Below, in pieces: positions 27,469 through 39,891 of a DNA stretch of 64,000 nt (its first letter is position 1; each line of letters starts with the position of its first letter). The position numbers were made by a program, and so were the translations under genes. Source of the DNA: Balanoglossus misakiensis. Lineage: Eukaryota; Animalia; Hemichordata. Below the pieces are notes generated by a model, which ran no database searches, had not been told where the DNA came from, and saw only the letters and a list, made by a program, of their open reading frames with translations. The stretch covers positions 2,724,075 to 2,788,074 of the forward strand of contig CM082589.2 of assembly GCA_040954595.2 (NCBI GenBank), written 5' to 3'.

Positions 27469-30400
27469 ATGAATGCGTCGCGTTTAGTGTTTTGTGGTAT
27501 TGTCCTGGTATCTGTGACAGTCATCACTTTATTGTTCTACTACCCAAAGCTGGTAAGTTGTTTTTAAATCTACTTTATTCTGGCCCCATTTCTTTCAAAT
27601 CACAACTTGCACAAAATCAAATATACTAAAACATTGATCGATTAACCTTTAAAGTATGTGAACTGTGACATTTTGAAAGGAGTGGAAATCGCACAGTCAA
27701 TTCAACCTGCAATCTGATTCAAACCAGATGTACGGCGACGTCTCAAAACAACAGAGAACTGTTGCTGCATGAAATATATGATGTGCTATCCTATATGCTG
27801 ATTGAAGAGTCATGGCTGTTACTATATGATGCCGTTTACAATATGTGACGAAATTCTTTTTATTTTCACGCATAACGGGAAAGCTCCATTAAAAGTAGTT
27901 ATCAAGGGATTAATCATATGCAAATATTTGAAGGGAGTACAGTAGTTAGCAGTCTCTTACGTTCGCCTACTTGCAATAGATCTGGAATAGATATCAATGC
28001 GCACCTCTACTCCACACGTCAAATAGTGCTTACCTGTCGTACAAATTGCCGAAATGTTTTTAGAGAAATAAAATGAAGATATATTCTAATATAGTTAATT
28101 TAATTTTGAATGGCCCGGAACATTTTTGGATAGAAAATAGTGCCGCGCATGCAACAAAGAGATGTGTAAAGTGTCAGCCACCATGCACAAGGAAATGTGA
28201 AATAACAAAATAATAACAAAACTAAACGGATTTCAGGTAATCTTGCATATTAAGTGACCCGAACTTGACAATAGCCAAGTCGGGTACCAAGTGAAGTAGT
28301 TTTAATGGAGGCTTCCCGTAATTTTTCCAACGAAATATTTTGTTTATCCCATGATGGATGTCATTGAGAAGAATTCGTTTGTCCGCTGTACATATGTTGT
28401 ACACGTTGTCGCGGTCGACAGCATATGTCATTTAATGTACTGATGATGCAGTGGGTTATTGTGTGGGAAAACCATCAGACTAGTAATCATAATCGTTAGT
28501 TCCAGCCCCGGCATGGCTTTGGTGTTGTGTCCTTTGGCAAGGCACTTTACTTCTCATTGCTTCTCCCCACCCAGGAGTGATGGGTACCTGGTAGGACAGA
28601 GATTGTAATGTGTGTGTTTAGCTCTGCTGCGCCTATGGCTGTACATGTGAGCTGTTGTTTACTCGCTAGGGAGTTGCATGGAATATTTAGGTCTAATGAC
28701 CTTGAAAAAACTGCAAAGCGCATTGAGATGTATTGTGTAATGTGCTACATAAGAAACCAATATTAATATTATTATAAATTGAGAATTCTAGTATATTCTA
28801 TCATGCATGTTAGGGTTCACCTGATGGTGTTTGGTATGCTGTATCTGACACGTTTCCTAAGAACCACGCCCCTCTTCGCCGGAGAACACTTTGCTTCACT
28901 TCAAGTGATGGTTTATATGCACGTGCGCTTACTTCATCAAATCTCAAATCAATATTTCAGCGTTCCGATGGTACACAGTATCTCAACGGCAACCAGTGGG
29001 CCAAATTCAAGTCTGGGTCGGCAAGTCCTCGTGAATGGTCTGCACCACTCGAAGAGAGAAGTGAAGCAACTGAGGAATACAAAACAGATCATGTCTGGAA
29101 CGTGTCGCGGGGATTTCTCAGCAGCTGTGGACGAACAAGCGCCAGCAAATCAACGTTTGTAGTGTTGAACAGCGGAACAATACAAACAGGTGACGTTGTC
29201 CGGATTCTTGTAACAGCACTCGATGAATACAACAGAACGCGATCGCATGGCGGCGATATGCTTAGGGCCACGCTGTTGAACAAGAAAGCTAAATTTGCCA
29301 CGCAAGGAAGAATTGAAGACCACCAGAACGGGTCATACACCGTATATTTCTACGCAGGGTATGCCGGTAGCGTCAATGTCGACATCACTCTAGTTCTCCA
29401 GCGCGAGGCGATCGATTGGCAACGGAACATCTTCAGGACAATTGAACCGCGCGCTTGGTGGACAGGCAAATTTGCTCTTGGTAAAAAAACTGAAGCGTCT
29501 CCATGTTTTGTGATGAGAGAGGGGACGTGGAAGAACAAATGCGAATTCCCCCACCAGAATGCTCTGGGGAAAACGAGATTTCTCTGCGAGCCTCCAAAAT
29601 CTCTCCCGTGCAGCAGTCTGTCGTCCATATCCGTGTTGAAGAAACCGAAGTTGCCATCGCGGTTAACCAAAGAAATGGCAGAAAATGGTTATTTGTTCAA
29701 AGCGTGAGTACATATACTTAACTACGAATAAGATTGGGCCAGGTTATTTCGGTATAACTTGTATTTTTAGCTTCTGGACAGCAATGGACGGGTTAGCTGT
29801 TGCGTAATAGTGTGCCCATCACAGAACACAGCCATATCCATGTGTCTCCTGTGATAAATCCCTAAAAATATGTCGAATACAGCCCATTGCAAAATGGCCG
29901 TAATTTTCACATCTGTTGCTTTTACAGGCCGAATGCCCTACAGCCCATCAAGGGAGGTGTGTCAACGTTGGTGATCGAAGGTAACTTTTACCCTAAGGGA
30001 TTGGTCTCTTTCTTCTGCCGGGGGCGGTCGATTCTATTTTGTTGACGTCAAAAAGTGACTGATGTGTTAATTAAGTGTGATTGCCTACCTTTAACGATAT
30101 GACTATAAGTTATTTCATTTTTTTTCATATCATTAATAACAGATTCTAAGAATCGCCTGAATCAGTCGGAAGTTCCACCGTGTCAGACAGATCTTCCAGT
30201 CCCGGTGTCTGATGGGTATTGGCTCGGTGACAGGTGGCACTCGCTGATGTGCAAGAGCAGAGAGTGGTACGACCCGAAAGAAGTTCAACAATGTCTTAAA
30301 GGGAGAGATATCTACTTTCTCGGTGACTCGACAACTCGCCAATGGTTTCAGAAATTTCTGGAGATTTTGGGCTACCCCCTGGTAGTTACAGGCTCCAACT

Positions 30401-30954
30401 GGAGAAAACGCGTTGCGTCTATTCCTCGTGAGTACACCGTCACTGGAGAGGACGATTACGCTTGGGAAATATCGGACTTGAGAAATGATATCAATGTTAC
30501 ATATCGCCACCACGCGTTGACCCGCCACTCGGAAGTGCCCATCTCTCGCTTTCCGTATCTCGTCGACGTTGTCGATGCATTGGCGGCCCCGGATTGCAAC
30601 TACGTCATTCTGATAAGTCTGTGGGCTCATTTCAATTCGTGGACACAGGACAGCTTCGATGAGCGACTGTTTAACATTCAGAGAGCCCTGGAGAGACTGG
30701 GGAACCGTTGCCCTAACACGCCTGTAGTTATTAAAGGTCCCCATGAGCGGAACTCCCTGTCCCAGTACTGGCTCCTGTTCGACATGATACGAACTCTAAG
30801 AAAGGCGTTTGTTGGGCACAATGTCTTTTTCATCGACATATGGGACATGAATTTCGCCTATGCCTTCGCAAATGGTGTGAGGATTGATGTGCACATGCCT
30901 ATGAATCTCATAAGGCAAGAAATCTTCATGTTTCTGTCGTTTGTCTGTGGCTAA
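27469..30954 (+). CDS. NXPE family member, copy 2
   Basis: Exons 27469-27552 (TM), 28961-29703, 29928-29980 and 30143-30954. Motifs: GGDML..DHQNGSY, YFLGDSTTRQW, FIDIWDM, DVHMP..FLSFVCG. Confidence 0.9.
28445..28775 (+). mobile_element. Degenerate tRNA-derived SINE with CORE-like domain and L2-like tail
   Basis: Decayed A/B-box-like head (tgatgcagtggg..gttccagcccc), CORE-like gtgttgtgtcctttggcaaggcactttacttctcattgcttctccccacccagg..atgggtac, and tail gcaaagcgcattgag..tattaatattattat. Confidence 0.65.
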
Positions 30955-32723
30955 AACTTGGCCCTTGCTAATTCTTGAAACAGTTTCATTTTGGCTGAAA
31001 GCGTTGTTGACACAGAAGTCGCAGTGTTACAAATCCGTAGCCTCTAGTACTGCACAATCGACATCTAGTAAAGTCAACATACAAACAAACACGCAAAATA
31101 AGCCCCAAATTGAAGTAACATAAAAAAATTACCTGATTTTACTATTTTTCTTTAGTGCTCTGCAAGCAGCAAAATTTCGAAAACGCGTCATTAATTATTT
31201 TAAACCAAAATGCTGCGACAAACAGCCGCTATGGCGGACACAATTAATACCATTTTATCGACGTTCGATTCTTCCCGAAATGAGGTCATGTCCTTTGGTG
31301 AGAAACTGCCATGTCATTTATGACTCTTATGCTTCGTACCACGGTTCGTACGGATTAAATTAATTGATCTTGGTGGCGGTTTTGATGAGGGGCACCCGCA
31401 TCTTTTTGCCTTTTGCTATTGGCCTATATAAGGACAATACGTTTAGTTTTGAAGGAAACTGGTGTAGACGCCGGACCAGGGGCCTGTAACTGGTACTTAA
31501 AGTCACAGTAGGCATGAAGGGGACACCTTTTGCTCAGGTACCTATCTACTAACCACTACTAACCACCCATAGAATACTAAAGGCGTCGTTACGCTCCCGT
31601 TGCAGTCTGTAGATCGTTACCCGACCAGGCAAGATTAAGTGTACGCCTATAGTGTGATTTGGAAACAATGCATCAGATATGTGGAAATACACTAGCATTT
31701 AAGGACAAAGTCATTGCCGCCGAGATCGATTATTTCTCCGTTACTGCGAAACATACTTTCGCTAAAATCGACAAAAAAAACGCTTAAAGTGAAAATAGTT
31801 TTCCCAGCCGATCTTCTTGTTCTGTTTCTGGGGGTGTGTTCACTCACATTCAGTTGACTTTGACACGATTTGGCTCGATTTACGGGGATATGTTTGCTTA
31901 GTGTTGGCGATTACATTGCAGTAATAGCCCCGATTGATGCCTCTGTCCCGCTAAGGTTTCACTATACCATCCAAGGTAAGAGCGTAACACAATAGTGCAA
32001 TTTACTTTTCAACAGTCTTTGTGGTTACAACCGGTGTCGCTTACACGAAGTGGACAATGCGGAAAAACAAATAACACGGCATAGGTCTCAAAGGTTGTCA
32101 GCAGGTGGGAGCTTCGATGACGCATGTCTGAGAGTAGTTTTTGATCGTTGTTTATCAGGATGTCTGATCGTCCAGACAGAACACTTTTTTGCTTCGCCAT
32201 CAACAGACGTATGTAGCTAAAATAAACACTTGCCTGGAGCTAGAGTTAACTCATTTTAAAACATTCAAAAACTGTGAGCCAAAGAGACCTATATTTTATC
32301 ATATGCCTGACGTTTTCAAACTCACACTTTCGATATTTCCATTAACAATATGAGAAAGAAAATGAATAATAAAAACTTGCTTCAATAGCCTACAGGAAAA
32401 CAACACTTGTCTGTTTTGAATAAATATTTTAATATATCGTAATGCCAGAACTTTCACAGCTATTATCTTTAGCTAAATAAAACAGCATAACCCGTTACAT
32501 ACCTATTAGAAACCTTTTGTAACTGGTCACGTGTGTCGATCAGGGTGAGTCGTGTGCAAAAATCCATCCTTAAAGTTGTGCGCCAAAAGAGCGCCTGGCT
32601 TGTAAGTTTTACGCCGTCAAAAGTAAGACATCTACCGCCGAAGAGAATTCCGTGAGGCCAATCGTTTATTTGCACACCTTGACTTCAAATTCAAAATAAG
32701 CCACACGTGTTTGCTATTTGAAC

Positions 32724-35700
32724 ATGGAACATCAGGTGGGTACTAAATTTATTTTTAAGTTTAACGCACAAGGTGATTTCGATATCATTCCCTAATTTAT
32801 AACAACTGTTAAGAATTCATTTATTAAGGTTCGTGATAAAGTATTTGCCCAAAGTAACACTTCGATTAGGACCACTTCTGTCTGAAGAAGACTGATTCCA
32901 TTAATTCACACATTCATTAGATTGTGAGAGAAGTCAGCTTTTAAGATGATCGGGTAAATAAAGTCACTTGTCTCTTGAGGTACACGACTTTTCAGAAGCA
33001 GACATTCCAAATTCGCGCAACCTGAAAGCTCCTTCGCCATCTCTTAACCCCTTTAACGCAGTCAACGTGTTACTTTCGCAAAATCATAAATTTTACCATG
33101 TTTATTTAAAAGATTTTATCAAGACCTGCGGACAATTTAAAATTATGTCCTCTTGGTCCAGTATTAGTGGGAGGAATCGGGAAAAGTGTGTGAACATGAT
33201 AAACAAAAATGTTGCACAACTTTAGATGGTGCAACATTTGTGACATGGAAAGGGTTAACATAACGACAGATAAATCTCCGAAGGTTCGCCTGAATGCGTT
33301 TTGTATGAAAACAATCTTTCATAACGTTCAAAATATGGACGAATATCCATGACTGTGTATATCTATTGATTAAACATATATAGGCACTGGAACCAGCTAT
33401 ACCTAACACGGCAACGCAAGCAGAGGTTGTTTCATCCATTCTTCCTGGTTTGCTGAGTTGCCCGAAGTATGTGCCCCACTGGTACGTGTACGACAAGGTG
33501 GGGTCGGAGCTTTTCGACCGCAACACCGAAGAAAACCCCCACTACCACTTATGCCGTGTGGAGGACATGCTTCTCAAGAATCACGCAGGTTAGTCAATTT
33601 ATTTATTTATTTATTAATGTATTTATTTTATTTTATTTATTCTTCATTCCAATGATAAAGATCTACATAACTGCGATACCCATTTACTATACTTGCATAA
33701 GAGACACACTTATTTAAAAAAAGGGTTCAATTTTCCTTGGACACACGGAATCTCCATTCACCATATTCACACCATATTAAAATTTATATTTCCGCAGAGA
33801 GCATCATCTCCAGCTTCGATGCAACTTCAGCGTTTGTTGAGCTGGGAGCAGGCAACTCGAGCAAAACACAAACTTTGATCAACGCGATGCTGACCAAGGA
33901 GAACTCGCTGCGGTTTGTCCCCATTGACATTTCCAAAGGTATTTGTGAATATTCGCACAATCCGGTATATCACTTTGAACATTAAGCCCACAGTGCACCA
34001 ATGCAACCACTTACACTACTATATTCTTAGCAGACCTTATCGGAAATACAAGCTTGCCGCAAGGCTGTTCAGTATACAATTTTACTTTCTGTTTTGGAAA
34101 CATTGTTTTCTTTGGACGTATCATGCAGTAAACAACGGTCAGATACTCCAAGCGACGATATGACATTTGACCGATAAAACCGATATAGTGCAAAACCGAT
34201 ATAGTGCAATGCAGTAAAGGCATTTTGTTGATCTATTTTCATATGTAAAATATAATAGACGTTGACATATATTTTCATAATGCTAATGAAGGCAATTGAA
34301 CGTTGGAAATGTTGAGTACAATTGGAAACTGTATGCTCCCCTCACTTTGCACAGTTCAGCCGGCGCGCAGTGGGGCTCTAACTTTTGTCTCACGCGAGAC
34401 TTAAATTTCAAAAGGTTACAAAAACAGAAGCTAACCACCCTCTCATTGGCATCCGTCCATGACTCATCGATCAATGTCAACGATGACGTCCTCATTATGG
34501 GAGGGTGCACGCTTAAAGCACCACAAAGGAAATTTCGTAGTTTCTCCATTTATCTGCATGGCAGGGCTACTTTATAGGGGCAATATAAGTCTATTTTCGT
34601 TGATAAAATTACACAGGGACATCATCAGGTCAATAGAAAATTTGTTCACTTCAGCGTAGCACCCATAAACTTGATGTACAGTGGACACCAAGATGAGGGT
34701 AACCACACTGTGGTGTAATATTACTGGGTTTTTAACGTTTCAGATTTCCTCGAGAATAGCGCACGGGTATTGAAGGAGAAGTTCCCAGCGATGGACATAC
34801 AGCCATTTGTCGGTGACTACGTCGAGGGCATCAAGCACGCCCAGTCGTTCCAGGGACCCAAGCTTTTCATCTTCCTTGGCAGTAGTTTCAGCAACATTCC
34901 AATGGCGCAGATGTTGCCTTTCCTTGAGACCGTCAGGAATTCTATGACAGGTGATACACCACTTGATTCCTGTGTCAGTTTGGGCTTACACAGCATCGTA
35001 AATTTTATTCTCCGGATTATGTATATTTGCATATTGTGGTGTCTGGGTACTACAGTCGTATACAGCTATTGTATTTGTAACAATGAATACTTCTCATCAA
35101 TTTGCATTTTGCTAATCTATGCAGGTGGGCAGGACCGATTTCTCATTGGTCTCGACATAACAAGGGATCCGTCAACGGTGGAGAAGATGTACGCTCATTC
35201 TTTATTCGCCGATTTCAACAGAAATGTCCTCACGCGACTAAATCGGGATTTCAAAGCCAACTTTGATCAGAAGAAATTCGATCATTACGCCAATTACCAT
35301 ACAAGTAGCGGAGAGCACGCCAACGGGACCTTGATGGAAAATGCGGAATACATCGAACTGGGATTTAGAAGTAAACGTCAACAAACAGTTACGTTTGGTG
35401 AGTAGTGTGTCTCAAACATTTTAATCACACTTCAATCAGTATCAGCTTCTGTGCATGTCAGTCGTGGCGTTTTGATTTTCAGAACAGTGACGAGGCAGTG
35501 ATGGCCACCCGGAAACGGCCGTTCACATGTCAAGTTGCGTTTGTTATGCAAAGCAAGGTCATGTTGGGTCAGGTCATCAGTGGTTTGACACAGTTCAGAG
35601 GTCGCGCTCTTTGGCGATAGCGAGCGATTTTCGTAGATTTTGAGGTTAACCTGACAACTAAACTGACAACAAAATATTTTGTTCTTCTGACAATAATTTG

Positions 35701-36557
35701 GAGGGATAATAAAACGTTGCCTCAATATGTTAAATATTTAACACCGTGTTTCGCCGATCGTAATGTTCGGTTCTGGAGTTCCGGGCATGCAATGTTTACA
35801 AGCAGAAAGTAGTTCCCTGGTGCTCATTCGCATATGTACTCGTGACAAGTTTACAGCATACCATACTAACACTGGCTGGATAAAACTGTTGCTGCACGTG
35901 AAGTATGAATGTACTTGTTATTAGTAGTGATCTTAATGGGCAAAGGAAATTGAAAATACAGTGACGTTTTCATTATAACGTGCTTTCAACAGGGACTATT
36001 TTATCTCATTTGCATATCACCTGTTCGATAGCAGTTTGATTTGGCTGGCGACAAGGACGCAATCGGCAGGAAATATGGTTAATGCGTATACCTTCTCTGT
36101 CAGCACACAGATTCAACGTCTTTTTTCTGAGATTTATACCTGTGTCTATCGCGTTTGGTGGTCTAGCAGAAAGTGCAACACTATATCCTCCGAATGCAAC
36201 CTCGTGAACTAGACATTTCAGACTTCACGGTCAAAGGGCGTCAGGGATACACGGTGTTTGCGAAAACATTTAGTCACTTATAACCACGGAGTGTACTATT
36301 ACTTATATTGTTCTGTCGTAGAACTTAAAGTTAAAAATAACGTCGGCGTTCTTTTGTTTTCCAATGCAGAGGCCATTGGTACAGAAATCGAATTTCAACA
36401 AGAGGAAATCTTCTACACGCATGTGCCCGGGAATATGAGCATGAAATGGAATTGGGGCCAATTTGAAAAGCTTGCCTCGATGGCCGGCTTGAAAACAGAA
36501 AAGAAATGGACAGATGACAACAATAGATTTGCACTGGGGTTGCTAAAATTAGACTGA
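32724..36557 (+). CDS. EgtD/EasF-like SAM-dependent amino-acid N-methyltransferase (Methyltransf_33), ~341 aa
   Basis: Exons 32724-32735 (MEHQ, tentative), 33384-33588, 33798-33938, 34744-34950, 35125-35397 and 36370-36557 join in frame. Motifs: GLLSCPKYVPHWYVYDKVGSELFD, VELGAGNSSKT, FVPIDIS, FLGSSFSN, FLIGLD, FNRNVLTRLNRDFKANFD, WTDDNNRFAL. Confidence 0.88.
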
Positions 36558-36849
36558 TAATTAGGTGTAGAAAACTGCATGTCATTTAAATTACAAAATA
36601 CAAAGGTTGGAGGTGTGTGTAAAATATTGAAATGCGTGCCTTGTTGTATAGCTTTTATGACTGTCAGTTTATTCAACAATATGATTTTACAGAGTAATTA
36701 TAATTGATGGTTTCTTTCGGTTTCTCTGCTATATACCAATGATGCATTATCATTCAATATGATAATATATATAGTATGTTCTTATACGGATATTAATGAT
36801 ATACATTGTACATGAAAGACAATACACAAGTCTCCAGTTATCTTCGATA

Positions 36850-39291
36850 TCAACCTGTCTGTGTAGCTACGTTGGAGTAATGCATTTGAATGTCACCTAC
36901 AAATAGTTCATCCCCTTCAATATGGCCTACTTCGCCGTCCAGGTGCTTATTCTGTTGCTTGTGGGTGACGAGTGGTCCGATCAACAGCAGTATGAGACCG
37001 CCAAACACGGACAAAGACCCGTAGAAGTAAAAGGAGTTGTCGTAGCTGCCAGTTAAATCATAAATCAGTCCTGTAAATAAAGGAATGTAAATATGTAAGA
37101 CTACATTACAGAATTATACGTTTTTTTTACTCTGAGTATTTCTTTGCAATTCATCATGGCAATTGCAATGTTTCTTGCATATTGTTTTATTTTGATGGCA
37201 GAGCTTAATTTGGTATGTGGGAAAGACCAATGCCTTGGACTTACATAGAATATATCTGCAGTGTTTGGTGAGGGCGTCCTTTGGAAACAAGGCATATGAT
37301 ACTTAGTCAAATCATGTCTCGAATGTTAATGAGTGAAATTACACCCGATAGAAAGTATACCTGCGCATGGCGGGCCAAAGAGTCCACCCACTCCGGTGAA
37401 AAAGGAATACAATCCAAGACCAGCGACCACCATTTTGGCCGACAGTATGTCCATGGCAACCTGTGGAGCCAGCGTGTAAATGAAACCAGTAAAGTGGCCA
37501 AGCAGGAACGCGTAGACCGAGTAAGCAGCGAAGGACCTCACGAAGTAAGTCAATGTATTCAAAACTCCGACTAACAGCAGCATCAGACCGAACCATTTCG
37601 AACTGGTCATACCAAAACGGTCACAGCATGATACAACAGGTGGTGACAGCCTTCCCAAGACGCTCCCCACACCTGTTATCGATACTATGAGGGCTATGTC
37701 ATTCAGCGATGCCAGGTTCTGCGACTCTGCGCGCGCCAGCATGTGTGCTGGCGCCCCAAAGATGCCTGCTCCGACACCGAAGAGACTCGCGATTAAAAAC
37801 ACCACAAAACAGGGGTGCTTGGTGAATATGACGCAATCACAAGCGGCAATCACCATCTTCCAATTTCGGAATTTTGGTTTCTTTTCCGTGTCTTCTGTTT
37901 CCTGTTCACATTCGCCTTCTGACTGATTCTCCCGTTCAGTAGTCTTGAGGTGTTCTGGCAATCCGAACAAAGCAGCCGAGATGAACATGTGCGCATTCAT
38001 GCCCGCGAACAAGATCGACGCTCCTCTCCAACCATACACATCGATCAATTTCTGCAGCAGTGGGGGGAAGATCAAAATTCCGATACCAGCTCCCATCGAG
38101 GCCAGGGAAATTGCCAGCACGTACCGACGTTTGAAGACGTGAGCAACAATACCGAATCCAGGTGCTACTATGAGTCCGTATCCTAGTCCTGTAAACAGAA
38201 ACATCTAGTTGTGAAATCAGGATGGTATTATTTCTTCATTCAGGTGTCAACATCTTGTAGACACACTTTATCAGTGTGCTGACAGTACCCGTGAGTCTAT
38301 CCGAGGAAGCCTTTGTTGTTAGCTGGAACTTGGGTGACTATAGGAAATCCATACCACGTGGTATCATGTTGACTGCATGACATTGTATGCAATAGTAAAG
38401 TTTCTTGAAGCTTGAATCTTGGAAGCATTATACAATCTCACTTGACACTCAAAGAGGGACGGTGCTCACAAAAACAGAACATCTGTCACTTACCGACGAG
38501 AATGCCAATACTGAAGTATAAGAATTCGAGTTTTGGTGCGAAGGCACTTAGGAAAAACCCGACTGTAGAAAGTAATGTCCCAATCATTACTGTGAGCCTG
38601 AAACCGATTTTCTTGACAATCACATTAGAAAACGGACCTGTGCATAAAATAACAATTTGCATAATATGTTAACAATTAATAACTGTTGAAAACTTAAATC
38701 TCAGGAACTGTGGATATAACAAAGATAGACAGCCATCCCTAGTCAGCGAGTAGTGTACTCGCTTTATGTAGGGTACGGTCACTCCAGGACCGCGGTCGGG
38801 AGTCAGTCTTCCGTTACGACCTTGACGACGGAGGTAAAGCGAGTAGTTATTCGATCCTTTGAGTGGGTCATTACTTATACGCCTGCCTGGATCTTTCTAC
38901 TGCATGCTCCACAATTTGAACATTTTTAACGAGCAAACCAGAGGACTTCGATCATGCTCACCCCTGGGCAAATGTTATACACAATCATGAAAGAAAACAA
39001 TGGCAGGTTCAGATAGTCATGTCTCAAGTCTTGCAAGGTGAATCTAAGGACAAGACCAATGGTATTCGAAAAGATAGGGTACGCGCAGTACTTACCAAAC
39101 CCCATTTCTATGAAGAGAAATAACGCAAGAATCCATGAAGTCTGTGCGGATGACGCGTCAAAGTGAATCTGAATCGCCACAAACAATGGACCAAATGCTT
39201 GGTAGACCCCAAATACGAAAAGAGTGCAAATATGGGAACCAAGAACAACAAGCCACCCGGTGCAGTCTTCACTGAAATCGGAGTTAGCCAT
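36850..39291 (-). CDS. SLC16/monocarboxylate transporter family MFS protein
   Basis: Exons ~39095-39291 (GWLVVLGS..ASSAQTSWI), ~38493-38636, ~37361-38188 (FKRRYVLAISLASMG..YGWRGA..GPPCAG) and 36850-37070 (LIYDLTGSYDNSFY). Confidence 0.88.
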
Positions 39292-39891
39292 GGTCTAGCT
39301 GGGTCAGTAAAGGCTAATGCCAGCCTTCGGGCGTTTCAATGACACCAATAGAAATTAGTACACTGTCCTCGGGTTACGCATAGACCGTAAACCTGTAAAC
39401 TGCGCAAATGTGTCTGATCCCGTTACATTGATAATTGCTAGAAAACTCACTTCTACTATTGTCATTTTCATGACGTCTTAATTGTTACAGTCGAAAAGTG
39501 TTTCAAGAATAGATGGGAGCATGGTAGGGAAAATCAGTTGGTGATAATCAACGTTCAAAGTAGCCTCATCTCATATACATGGAATTTTTTTACCCAAATT
39601 GAGTGTTTTCCAACTATGTGACGATATGCAAGATGTTGCATGACCACATGTGCATGACCCTATTTTGCTTGCTCAGCTTGGCCAATTAATTACTAGTATC
39701 TTCTCATGGTGCAACATCTGTGTCACATGGCACTGAACTTAAAATCAAGGTTACAACGGAAACATCCATTTCGCCAAATCTGGCCGGAACTACTTAACCA
39801 CCGCACTCACCTGTGCCGGGCGTATAACCGCGGAGAGTTCTGTTAGGCGAAGATTGCAGATCAGTTACACTACTGTTTCTTCTGATTCAGA

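Noticed and set aside
34951-35124. In-frame, stop-free intron in the EgtD-like gene that would add 58 hydrophobic residues
   Set aside because: Splice sites are canonical and EgtD homology is continuous once the intron is removed. An open frame of this length can occur by chance.
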